A stretch of 64,000 nt of DNA from an uncultured Eubacteriales bacterium (GTDB lineage: Bacteria; Bacillota; Clostridia; Oscillospirales; CAG-272): positions 79,372 through 143,371 of the forward strand of contig CAKRTQ010000002.1 of NCBI GenBank assembly GCA_934402395.1, given 5' to 3'. Below, piece by piece: positions 16,982 through 25,700 of this stretch. The notes beneath the pieces were generated by a model, which worked only from the letters and a program-made list of their open reading frames with translations, was not told the DNA's origin and made no database searches. The stretch's first letter is position 1. Each line of letters opens with the position of its first letter. The position numbers were made by a program, and so were the translations under genes.

Positions 16982-19192
16982 TTATTTCTGTTCCGCGGTG
17001 AAATGCCACACGCGGCTCTCGCCGTCACGCCAGAAGCTGGTAAGATTCAGCCCCGCATTCATAAGAAGTGCTCCCGAATAGCTCCTACCGCTTTCGGCGT
17101 CGGTATATGTGAGTGTGGGATCAAGTCCGCGAAGACGTATATACCGTGACATAGACGGCTGAGTGCGTATCACGACATAGGTGAGCAGCACTTCCCTTTT
17201 GTCCGCCGACACAGATTCCCACGCCGCAGCCGAGGTCATATCGCCCTTTGACTCGGTAGGATTGATAAGGCGGTAATAATCGCCGTTCTGTATAACATCG
17301 TAGTACCTGTGATAATCGGCTACCTGACGGCGCACGAGCCCGCGCTCCTCATCGTTCAGCTTGGTAAGGTCGAGCTCATAGCCAAAGGCGCCCGCCATTG
17401 CCACATCTCCGCGCGTTTTGAATGGAGATGTGCGCTTTGTCTGGTGGTTTGGGCAAGCCGAAACGTGCGCGCTCATTGCAGACGGCGGATAAACTATCGA
17501 TGTACCGTACTGGATTTCAAGCCTTTCGATGGCATCTGTGTCATCGCTCGTCCATATCTGTGGGCTGTAGTAGAGCATTCCGGCGTCAAAGCGTCCGCCG
17601 CCGCCCGAGCAGCCCTCAAGCAGCAGATGCGGGAATGCGGTGAGCAGCCGTTCAAGCAGTTCGTAAACACCGAGCATATATCTGTGCGCGACCTCGCTTT
17701 GGCGATCGGGCGGCAAAAGCTCGCTACCGACCTCGGTCAGATTGCGGTTGAAATCCCATTTGACATATTCGATATTCGCCGACGAAAGTATCTTATACAT
17801 CTGATCGAATATGTTGTCTCTTACATCGTTGCGCGACATATCGAGAACATACTGATTCCGCCCTATCGAGCGCTCGCGCCCCTCGGTGTGCAGACACCAG
17901 TCTGGGTGCGCACGGTAAAGATCGCTGTCGGGCGAGATCATCTCAGGCTCAAACCATATGCCGAATTTAACTCCCAGTGCATTCACACGGCGCACGAGTT
18001 CGGAAAGACCGCCCTTCAGCTTATCCTCGTTGACATACCAGTCGCCGAGCGATGATTTGTCATTATTGCGTTTTCCGAACCATCCGTCATCCATGACCAG
18101 CATTTCTATTCCGAGATCGGCGGCATCCTTGGCTATGGCAACGAGCTTTTCGGAATCGAAATTGAAATACGTCGCCTCCCAGTTGTTTACGATGATGGGG
18201 CGCTTTTTTGTTTTCCATTCGCCGCGGCAGAGGTTGAAGCGATAAAGCTTATGGTACGTACGGCTCATTCCGCCGACGCCGTGATCGGAGTATACCATAA
18301 CGACCTCCGGTGCCTGAAAGCTCTCGCCAGGCTCAAGCTTCCACGCAAAATCAACCGGATCGATGCCCATGAGCACGCGCGTCGAACGCATGCAATCGAC
18401 CTCGACCTCAGCCGCAAAATTACCGGAATACACAAACGAGAATCCAAAGACCTCGCCGCTCTCCTCGGTATAGCCGTCCCGCGCCAGAGCGATAAAGGGA
18501 TTGTTGTTGTGACTCGACGAGCCGCGGCGGGAATGTATCCCCTGGAGCCCGAATTCAAGGTGGCGGGTAACGAGCGTGCGTTCCTTTGCCCACCTGCCTT
18601 GGAGATGGAGCATATCAAAATCCATTTCGGTAAAATCGACCGCCGCCGAGTGCACGCGCTCGATGTTGAATGGCTTGTCGGAGGCATTTCTGATCCTCAC
18701 GCTGCGCGTTATCGCGTCAAGCTTTGAAAACGTCGTGTAGATAAGCGTGACCTCGGCCCCCGTGAGCTCATCAACGCACTCTATCTCAAGCGTTTCCGCC
18801 TCGCTGTCGTCATTCGTATATGTGGCAGGCAGACCCGCAAGCTTCGGCTTGCCGGGATATATCCTGTGCGACCGGTAACGGATATCGGTAACGCTTGAAC
18901 CGTTTGCACCGCGCACCGAAAGTGCGACCGAGCGAAAGTCGCCCGAGCCGTTTACGGGATATTCAAGCTGTGCGGTGTCAAGAGACAGCCCGCCTTCCTC
19001 AGCCGAGGCGACACAGGCACTGAATGCAGCGTTGCGCTGCCTCATGCGCAGGTAGTCAAGGTCGGTATCCGGTATGCGAGCACCGTAATAAAGATGAAGC
19101 AGATACCCTGTGGGGCTTATCTTCATCGCATAGCTTGACGACGGTGTGTCAAGCTTTAACACTTTCCTCTCACTGTCAAAAACAACAGGCAT
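16982..19192 (-). CDS. GH36 alpha-galactosidase
   Basis: 736 aa. VKWDFNR and LEGCSGGGGRFD motifs and the FVMDDGWF-type block VMDDGWFGKRN. Strong SD aggaggataaaaaATG. Confidence 0.9.
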   Translation of the reverse strand: MPVVFDSERKVLKLDTPSSSYAMKISPTGYLLHLYYGARIPDTDLDYLRMRQRNAAFSACVASAEEGGLSLDTAQLEYPVNGSGDFRSVALSVRGANGSSVTDIRYRSHRIYPGKPKLAGLPATYTNDDSEAETLEIECVDELTGAEVTLIYTTFSKLDAITRSVRIRNASDKPFNIERVHSAAVDFTEMDFDMLHLQGRWAKERTLVTRHLEFGLQGIHSRRGSSSHNNNPFIALARDGYTEESGEVFGFSFVYSGNFAAEVEVDCMRSTRVLMGIDPVDFAWKLEPGESFQAPEVVMVYSDHGVGGMSRTYHKLYRFNLCRGEWKTKKRPIIVNNWEATYFNFDSEKLVAIAKDAADLGIEMLVMDDGWFGKRNNDKSSLGDWYVNEDKLKGGLSELVRRVNALGVKFGIWFEPEMISPDSDLYRAHPDWCLHTEGRERSIGRNQYVLDMSRNDVRDNIFDQMYKILSSANIEYVKWDFNRNLTEVGSELLPPDRQSEVAHRYMLGVYELLERLLTAFPHLLLEGCSGGGGRFDAGMLYYSPQIWTSDDTDAIERLEIQYGTSIVYPPSAMSAHVSACPNHQTKRTSPFKTRGDVAMAGAFGYELDLTKLNDEERGLVRRQVADYHRYYDVIQNGDYYRLINPTESKGDMTSAAAWESVSADKREVLLTYVVIRTQPSMSRYIRLRGLDPTLTYTDAESGRSYSGALLMNAGLNLTSFWRDGESRVWHFTAEQK

Positions 19193-19209
19193 TTTTTATC
19201 CTCCTAAGA

Positions 19210-20577
19210 TCATTCTTTATATGTTCTGATATTTTTGCGGTAAAAGCTTATGAGAAACGGCACCGAGATCAGAAATGTGGCAAGATCGGCAGCGGGCTGA
19301 CTCATTTCAACTCCCGCGCACTTGAAAAACAGCGGGAGAACGAAGACCGCCGGAACGAAAAATATTCCTTGGCGGCAGCTTGCAAGTACGGTTGCCGGCA
19401 ATTTGAAGCCAAGACACTGGTAAAGCTGGTTGACGTATGTCGACACAGCCATGAATGGCATAACAGCACAGGCAAAAAGCAATGTTTGCGCGCCAATTTT
19501 CGCAACCTCGGCATCATCACAAAACCACCGCATTATCGGAGACGCCGCAGAAGCGGCAACGGCAGCGCAGGCAACGCATATCACCGTTCCTATCAGTGAG
19601 GCGAAGCAGAATGCCTGCCATGCACGTCGGCGTTTTCCTGCGCTGTAATTGTATCCGGCGACCGGCTGAAAGCCCTGTCCGATGCCGAGAATGATATTGC
19701 GCACGAACACATATATCTTGTTTGCAATGGTGATCGCCGACACGGCAGCATCGCCGTATACGACCGCCTGCATATTGATGAGAGCAGACGCAAGGCTGCC
19801 AAGTCCCTGTCTGAATATAGTCGGCAGCCCCGTGGCAAGGATAAGCAGATAATCACGCGCGCGGCGGCTGACAGACGAAAGGCGTATCCGCACTATCGAT
19901 CTGCCGGACAGAAAGATACCGAGCAAGATCACAAAACTAACACACTGACTTATAGCCGTTGCAAGTGCTGCGCCTCCGGTACCCATATCAAAGGTAAAAA
20001 TAAGCAGCGGGTCGAGAATCATATTTAGCACTCCGCCGATGCCGAGCCCCCACATTGCGGCATGGGATTCCCCCTCGGCGCGCAATGTATTGTTGAGCAC
20101 GAACGAAGCACAGCTGAGCGGCGCGGCGGCAAGTATGTATACGGCATAATCCACCGCATAGGGCAGCATGGTTTCGGTACATTTCAGAAAACCGAGGATC
20201 GGACCGAGCGCGGCAAGACACCCCCAACCGACAGCACCACCCGCCAAAAGCGCGAAAAAGAACGCGCTTGAAGCATACATTTCGGCAGCACGGTCATCCT
20301 TTGCTCCGAGTCTGAGGCTGATGAGACTGCCCGCACCCATGCCTATCCCGTACCCGACTGCCTGAATTATTGCCATAAGCGTATAGACCATACCGACAGC
20401 AGCCGATGCCGATTTATTTATCTGCGAAACGAAATATGTATCCGCAGTATTGTAGATAACAGTTACAAGCATACTTACGGTCGTAGGGATCGCAAGCGAT
20501 GTGACAAGCTTCGGTATCGGTGTGTCCACCATACGTTTGTACTGCTCTTCACTGTTGAGGATGTGCGCCATTGTCAT
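19210..20577 (-). CDS. MATE-family efflux transporter
   Basis: 455 aa with about 12 hydrophobic segments. The N-terminal PIPKLVTSLAIPTTVSMLV is typical of MATE/NorM-like proteins. Confidence 0.8.
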   Translation of the reverse strand: MTMAHILNSEEQYKRMVDTPIPKLVTSLAIPTTVSMLVTVIYNTADTYFVSQINKSASAAVGMVYTLMAIIQAVGYGIGMGAGSLISLRLGAKDDRAAEMYASSAFFFALLAGGAVGWGCLAALGPILGFLKCTETMLPYAVDYAVYILAAAPLSCASFVLNNTLRAEGESHAAMWGLGIGGVLNMILDPLLIFTFDMGTGGAALATAISQCVSFVILLGIFLSGRSIVRIRLSSVSRRARDYLLILATGLPTIFRQGLGSLASALINMQAVVYGDAAVSAITIANKIYVFVRNIILGIGQGFQPVAGYNYSAGKRRRAWQAFCFASLIGTVICVACAAVAASAASPIMRWFCDDAEVAKIGAQTLLFACAVMPFMAVSTYVNQLYQCLGFKLPATVLASCRQGIFFVPAVFVLPLFFKCAGVEMSQPAADLATFLISVPFLISFYRKNIRTYKE

Positions 20578-21481
20578 TCACCTTCTTTTTAATACCGAAT
20601 ATCGGACAGTCCCCCGCTGCCAGCCAAGCCCCGACCGCCATAAGTGCGAGCGCCGCAAAATAAGCGGTGCCCGGCACCTCACGGAATACCGCGAACGAAA
20701 AAGCCGCCGCAATGAACGGGGACACGGCATAGTACGCGCTCGTCCGCGCCGCGCCGATCATACGCTGTGCGTAAACATACACAAAAATGCTCATTCCGTA
20801 AGCCAGAAGCCCGACGCCGAGAGCGGCAATCACGCTCCATGCAGCCGTCACACGCTCTCCGAGGCAAAGACCGATCACGATCGAACCGAGCCCCGAAAAT
20901 ATGCCCTTCAAAAGTACGATCTCGAGCGGATCCTTACCCGAAAGTTTGCGCGTGCAGTTATTTTCAAGGCCCCAGCACGCCGCCGCAAGCAGCACAAAAA
21001 GTGAGCCGATAGAAAATCGGAAACCCGAGGGATCTTCAAACGAAAGGACCGCACATGAGAGCGTAACAAAAAATATACCTGTCCAGAGGCGCGGACTGAT
21101 CCTTTCTCCGAACGCAAGAAGTGCTATAAGCGCAGTGGCAACGATCTCAAAATTGTTGAGGAGCGCCGCATTTGCCGCAGTGGTGGACCGCAATCCTATA
21201 AGCAGGCATATCGGCGCCGCAATATCAAGCACTATCATTCCAACAGTATACGGCAGCTCAGCCCGCGTCAGCTTTGACTCCGTGCGCCTGCCGCCGGCCT
21301 TCCGCACGAGCGCGACAGGGATCATGCCGATACCGGCGCCTATATAGAGAAAGCCGGCCATGAGCGTTGCGGGAAGATAATCAAGCAGCAGCTTTGAAAA
21401 AGGCGCGTTTATTGCGTAAAGCGAAGCCGCAAGAATTGCAAGCGCTATCCCATTACCCGTCTGCTTTTTCATCACAGTCAT
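20549..21481 (-). CDS. EamA/DMT-family transporter
   Basis: About 10 TM segments with a duplicated EamA-like architecture. The start is trimmed to MTVMKKQ (21481) or MKKQ (21472). It overlaps both neighbouring genes. Confidence 0.7.
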   Translation of the reverse strand: MTVMKKQTGNGIALAILAASLYAINAPFSKLLLDYLPATLMAGFLYIGAGIGMIPVALVRKAGGRRTESKLTRAELPYTVGMIVLDIAAPICLLIGLRSTTAANAALLNNFEIVATALIALLAFGERISPRLWTGIFFVTLSCAVLSFEDPSGFRFSIGSLFVLLAAACWGLENNCTRKLSGKDPLEIVLLKGIFSGLGSIVIGLCLGERVTAAWSVIAALGVGLLAYGMSIFVYVYAQRMIGAARTSAYYAVSPFIAAAFSFAVFREVPGTAYFAALALMAVGAWLAAGDCPIFGIKKKVNDNGAHPQQ

Positions 21482-21992
21482 CGCTCCCAAGCAGTTTTTC
21501 GCAAATGTAAAAATCCGTGCCGTACATATGGCACTCACCCAAAAAATCAAACCCGAGAGCGCGGTATGTCTTTATCGCTGCGGGGTTTGACTTTGAAACG
21601 ATCAGATGCACCGCACGAAAACCGTGCAAAGCAAGGATGCAGAACAGCTCACGCAGCATTTCGGCAGCGTACCCGTGACCGCGGCGGTCGGAGGCAACGA
21701 CCACCCGCGCTATCTCGCAGTGCGTGCCGTCGCACACACGCCACGCGGCAATGTCATCAAGCTCGTTTTCCGATTCGAGCGAAACGGCGCCCGCGATACC
21801 GCGGGCATCCGCGTAAACGCAAAGACCGCCGCTTTGGAGATCGTGCTCCGCGATATACTCGTTCGGGTACTCGTCGTCCCACGCGCAGCCGGGAGTACCA
21901 AGCGCCGATCTGTAAAGACCAAGCACCGCAGGCACATCGCCGGCTGTTGCGCGGCGCAGTATCGGGCGGCAGTCCGCACCGTCATTTTTCAT
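21453..21992 (-). CDS. GNAT-family N-acetyltransferase
   Basis: 179 aa. VVVASDRRGHGYAAEML is a Q/RxxGxG/A acetyl-CoA-binding motif. Confidence 0.75.
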   Translation of the reverse strand: MKNDGADCRPILRRATAGDVPAVLGLYRSALGTPGCAWDDEYPNEYIAEHDLQSGGLCVYADARGIAGAVSLESENELDDIAAWRVCDGTHCEIARVVVASDRRGHGYAAEMLRELFCILALHGFRAVHLIVSKSNPAAIKTYRALGFDFLGECHMYGTDFYICEKLLGSDDCDEKADG

Positions 21993-22575
21993 AACTGTTC
22001 ATGAATCGCGCGATATCCGCCTCGCAGGAGCGCATGGCGAGTATCGTATCGCCAAAAAGCCTGTCAAGCTCCCAGCCGAGACGCTCCGCGCCCGTACGTA
22101 TCACATCTCGCGAGCATCCGGCAGCAAATTTTTTGTCCTTGAATTTCTTTTTTAGACTTGATACTTCCATATCCATTACGCTTTTTGACGGACGCATGAG
22201 TGCCGCCGACCAGACAAGCCCTGTAAGCTCGTCCGCAGCAAAAAGGACCTTTTCCATTTCGTGTTCCGGCTCAACGTCGCAGCATATGCCGTAACCGTGC
22301 GAGCAAACGGCATGGATCATGTCCTCGCCGACACCGCCAGCCGCAAGCAGCCCGGGTGCCTTTTTGCAATGCTCGTTAGGGTAAAGCTCAAAATCAATGT
22401 CGTGCAAAAGCCCGACGATGCCCCAATAATCGACCTCGCCGCCGTAACCGAGCCTTTCGGCATACCAGCGCATAACGCCCTCGACCGTCAGTGCGTGCTG
22501 AATGTGAAACGGCTCTTTGTTGTATTCACAGAGAAGTGCAAACGCCTCGTCCCGTGTTATATTGCTTTTTCTCAT
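21982..22575 (-). CDS. HD-domain phosphohydrolase
   Basis: 197 aa. H...HDIDFE metal-binding motif (HALTVEG ... LLHDID). Confidence 0.75.
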   Translation of the reverse strand: MRKSNITRDEAFALLCEYNKEPFHIQHALTVEGVMRWYAERLGYGGEVDYWGIVGLLHDIDFELYPNEHCKKAPGLLAAGGVGEDMIHAVCSHGYGICCDVEPEHEMEKVLFAADELTGLVWSAALMRPSKSVMDMEVSSLKKKFKDKKFAAGCSRDVIRTGAERLGWELDRLFGDTILAMRSCEADIARFMNSYEK

Positions 22576-22784
22576 TCCGAAAACCTCGTGATAAATATAA
22601 ATATATTACTTTAGAATTATACCACAATGCGAGACAAAAAACAAGATAAAAATATCATCAACGCACGTCATGCCGAGCCGTCACGAACATAAATAAAAAG
22701 CCGCAGGATGGTGCATTCACGACATTCCGCAGCGGCGCGGGCAAGATATAAACCAATGGTTGATGAAAGCTTTTCCGTAAGCGG

Positions 22785-22813
22785 TTGACAAACGGTAAAA
22801 GGAATGCTATACT
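22785..22813 (+). promoter_or_regulatory. Sigma-70-type promoter (TTGACA-17-TATACT)
   Basis: TTGACA at 22785-22790 and TATACT at 22808-22813, with a 17-nt spacer. Confidence 0.55.
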
Positions 22814-22857
22814 GTTATCGTAACCAAAAAGTTCAGTCAAAGGAGGCGATCGTTAAG

Positions 22858-22908
22858 ATGAAGACCTATATTTATCGGGTGTCGAATGTATCGCCTGCGG
22901 TATGCTGA
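22858..22908 (+). other. 16-codon leader ORF MKTYIYRVSNVSPAVC with a strong SD
   Basis: AGGAGG at 22841-22846 and ATG at 22858. The SD region aggcgat is complementary to atcgcct at 22890-22896, inside the ORF. Confidence 0.4.
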
Positions 22909-22928
22909 ACGTAAGGCTTATATTTTAT

Positions 22929-22960
22929 GCACATCCGATCCCGGGTGCGTTTTTTGTTTG
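22929..22960 (+). terminator. Leader terminator 1
   Basis: gcacatccg atcc cgggtgc (7 bp with a 2-nt bulge) followed by gttttttgtttg. Confidence 0.5.
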
Positions 22961-22995
22961 TCCGAACGTTTTTCGCGGCAAGCATGCTTCCTTAT

Positions 22996-23022
22996 GCACC
23001 CGTCGGGGTGCTTTTTGTTTTT
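22996..23022 (+). terminator. Leader terminator 2
   Basis: gcaccc gtcg gggtgc (6-bp GC stem, tetraloop) followed by tttttgttttt. Its sequence is related to terminator 1 (ttatgcac..ccg..). Confidence 0.6.
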
Positions 23023-23077
23023 CACGGGAAGTTCCCGGAATATAAAACCTCAGCATATGGAAAGGAGAATTTTTATT

Positions 23078-23131
23078 ATGAACACGAACGCGCTCACAAC
23101 ACTTTCAAAAAAACGAAAAAGGAGAGACTGA
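23078..23131 (+). other. 17-codon upstream ORF MNTNALTTLSKKRKRRD, stop overlapping the ABC_ATPase start (TGATG)
   Basis: SD aaaggaga at 23061-23068 and ATG at 23078. The last base of the TGA stop at 23129-23131 is the first base of the ATG at 23131. Confidence 0.4.
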
Positions 23132-24939
23132 TGAAGAGATTAAAAAACAAAATATTATCTATGGAGCCAGACACTGCATCATACAGTGCCATGTATGATG
23201 GGAGCATGTACATCGAAGATCCGTTGCACCCGACGATAGATCCTTATTTCGATCACTGTCCGATATATTATAATGAAAACGTCGGATTCGAAATAACCGC
23301 CACACACAAACTGGCTCAGGATAAGCCGACGGTGGTGATCGGCATTCCCTGCACAGCACTCGGGATTGCCATCCCCGACAGTTCGACCGAGTGCGCCGAG
23401 GCGGACTTTTGCCTCCGTGCCTTCAGAAAATATATCGACGAGCTGAATGACGAACTGTATAACAGGAGCCGTCCCGACGTTGAAAACGGCAAGTATTATA
23501 TATGCGCACCGGGCGGAGAGGTGATACGCCGGAATTCGGCATACTTTGCGATGCGACCGCAAAAGGATTACACGTACGGTCCGGGGTCAACGGTTTATCT
23601 TTTGACCGACGGTGTCGCCCGTCCGCCCGTTATGTGCCTTTGCATACGTATTCAGGTCCAACTGCCGAAAAAGAAACTGCGCCGGGCATTACGAATGCTG
23701 TGCAAAGATCTGCCGGATGCGGTCGACCGATTCGTTTCGGAGTTCGGCGGCACGGAAACTGCTGCCGCGCTCGCAAAAAAACAAGCGGCGATCCGCGCCT
23801 GGCTTAAAAACAGCGATTATTGTGCTTTTGTGGCGAACGGCAGTATCCTTCCCCGCGCCAAGGGGACTGACCTGCCGATGCCGGACGCAGTTCCGTTCAG
23901 GTCCGCACCGGACGATGAGATCGAGATATTCGGCGTGAAAGGCATGGGCATCAAAAAGGGTGTTACTGTCATTACGGGCGGCGGATATTCGGGAAAATCA
24001 ACCCTGCTCGATGCGATATCCGCAGGCATTTATGACCACGCCCCCGGCGACGGCCGCGAGCTTTGCATTACGGATGACAGCGCCGTTACCATATCTGCCG
24101 AAGACGGACGAAGCGTAAAGCACGTCAATATTTCGCCCTTTATCAAGTGGCTGCCCGGCGGTGATACCCGTGATTTCTCTTCCGACCATGCCTCCGGCTC
24201 GACATCGCAGGCGGCGAACATAATGGAGGCGGTCGAATGCAATGCCAAGCTGTTGCTTATCGATGAGGATAGAAGCGCAACAAACTTTATGATACGCGAC
24301 CGCATGATGAAGGCGCTGATCGAAAAAGAACCGATAACGCCCTTCACAGACCGGGTGAACGAGCTTTATAAGGCACACGGCGTATCCACGATACTTGTTA
24401 TCGGAGGGAGCGGAGAGTATCTTTCCGTCGCCGATAAGGTCTACATGATGGAGGATTATCTGATCCGCGATGTGACCAAAAGGTCAAAAGAAATTTGCAG
24501 TTCATGTAATGTGACCACTGTACTGCCCGCGCCCGCGGATTGGCAGCAATGCAGGACCCTTTATTCCGACCGCTTCACCTCTTATCCGGAGGGCAGCGGC
24601 ACTGAAAAGCTTGAGGTCTCGGATATGGGATTCATAATCATCGGCGACGAGAGGATAGACGTTCGCGGATTTCACGACATCGTTTCTCCGCGTCAGCTCG
24701 ATACGCTCGGATTTATGCTGAGATATCTGGAGCTGACCAATGCCGACAGAAGGATCGATATCGGTAAAAAAATAAACGAAATGTATGAGCGCATCGACAA
24801 TGAAGGCATCGACTTTCTCTATTCATCCTTCTTTACGACCTGCGAAAGATTCCTCGACCTGCCGCGCAAGCAGGAATTGACGGCACTCATAAACCGCATG
24901 CGAAAGATCAATATGGTAAAAAGCTACCGGGGATCATGA
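23131..24939 (+). CDS. ABC_ATPase-class predicted ATPase (PF09818-like), function unknown
   Basis: The start is trimmed to MKRLKNK, which has the SD aaaaaggagagactgATG. Conserved blocks: FVANGSILPR, VITGGGYSGKSTLLDAI, PGDGRE, AEDGRSV, ASGSTSQAANIMEA, LLLIDEDRSATNFMIRD, EPITPF. The track's start at 22927 would read through two terminators. Confidence 0.7.
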   Translation: MKRLKNKILSMEPDTASYSAMYDGSMYIEDPLHPTIDPYFDHCPIYYNENVGFEITATHKLAQDKPTVVIGIPCTALGIAIPDSSTECAEADFCLRAFRKYIDELNDELYNRSRPDVENGKYYICAPGGEVIRRNSAYFAMRPQKDYTYGPGSTVYLLTDGVARPPVMCLCIRIQVQLPKKKLRRALRMLCKDLPDAVDRFVSEFGGTETAAALAKKQAAIRAWLKNSDYCAFVANGSILPRAKGTDLPMPDAVPFRSAPDDEIEIFGVKGMGIKKGVTVITGGGYSGKSTLLDAISAGIYDHAPGDGRELCITDDSAVTISAEDGRSVKHVNISPFIKWLPGGDTRDFSSDHASGSTSQAANIMEAVECNAKLLLIDEDRSATNFMIRDRMMKALIEKEPITPFTDRVNELYKAHGVSTILVIGGSGEYLSVADKVYMMEDYLIRDVTKRSKEICSSCNVTTVLPAPADWQQCRTLYSDRFTSYPEGSGTEKLEVSDMGFIIIGDERIDVRGFHDIVSPRQLDTLGFMLRYLELTNADRRIDIGKKINEMYERIDNEGIDFLYSSFFTTCERFLDLPRKQELTALINRMRKINMVKSYRGS

Positions 24940-25147
24940 GCACGTCGCCGCAACTGTCAGTATAAGAGACGGAAAAGTACGATCGGATGCGGCTCGGGGA
25001 TACGGGACAAAAAACAAGAAAAATATCTTAGTATCGCGCGACCGATTAAGCCGATACGGACAGTTATACTGTCCAACACTCCCCTTGCTGATCCTTTAAG
25101 ATTGTGATATAATATAATCAAATCATATGAACGCATGGAGGTGTGGC

Positions 25148-25699
25148 ATGAAAAGAAGCTGCATGAGGACCTTTCTTGACATTTTGTCGGCATCGCTGAT
25201 AACAATTATCTTGTATATTGGTCTTTACTTTATTTGGGGTGCGATTGCCCGGGAATCGCAGAACGAAAAACTGTTTCTTATATTGCTTTCAACAATGACA
25301 AGCATCGTTTACGCCGTAATTTTGTTCTGCATAACAAAGGTGAGAAAAGACCGGGGCGAAAAGGAGTTGCTTGAAGATTACGGTGAAACCCGTGTATATT
25401 CGTTGCGCGACGATATACCTACGATGCTGCGTCATGAGCGTATGTGTCTGATCATGCTTGCCGTAGTGACCCTCGCCTGTTTTGCGATGAACAAGCTTGA
25501 TGTTCTCGTATTTCACAAAAAAACCTTTTCCGCCGTTACATTTATATTTTTTCCTCTGTTCCTTTTCAGCACCTGTTTCAATGCCGAAATTATAGGATAC
25601 ATCATCGGCGCAATATTGACAGAGGCAGTATACATCGTCCTTGTTCTCACATACAGAAGAAAAAAATATATTCACTGGAAGCATCCGTCGGAGAAATAA
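25148..25699 (+). CDS. Hypothetical polytopic membrane protein
   Basis: The start is trimmed to MKRSCMRTF, which has the SD ggaggtgtggcATG. About 5 hydrophobic segments. AT-rich. I recognise no family. Confidence 0.6.
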   Translation: MKRSCMRTFLDILSASLITIILYIGLYFIWGAIARESQNEKLFLILLSTMTSIVYAVILFCITKVRKDRGEKELLEDYGETRVYSLRDDIPTMLRHERMCLIMLAVVTLACFAMNKLDVLVFHKKTFSAVTFIFFPLFLFSTCFNAEIIGYIIGAILTEAVYIVLVLTYRRKKYIHWKHPSEK

Positions 25700-25700
25700 A

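Noticed and set aside
22927-23130. N-terminal extension of the ABC_ATPase ORF, as given in the ORF track (start at 22927).
   Set aside because: The extension would be translated through two intrinsic terminator hairpins. It has no SD. The internal ATG at 23131 has a good SD (aaaaaggagagactgATG).
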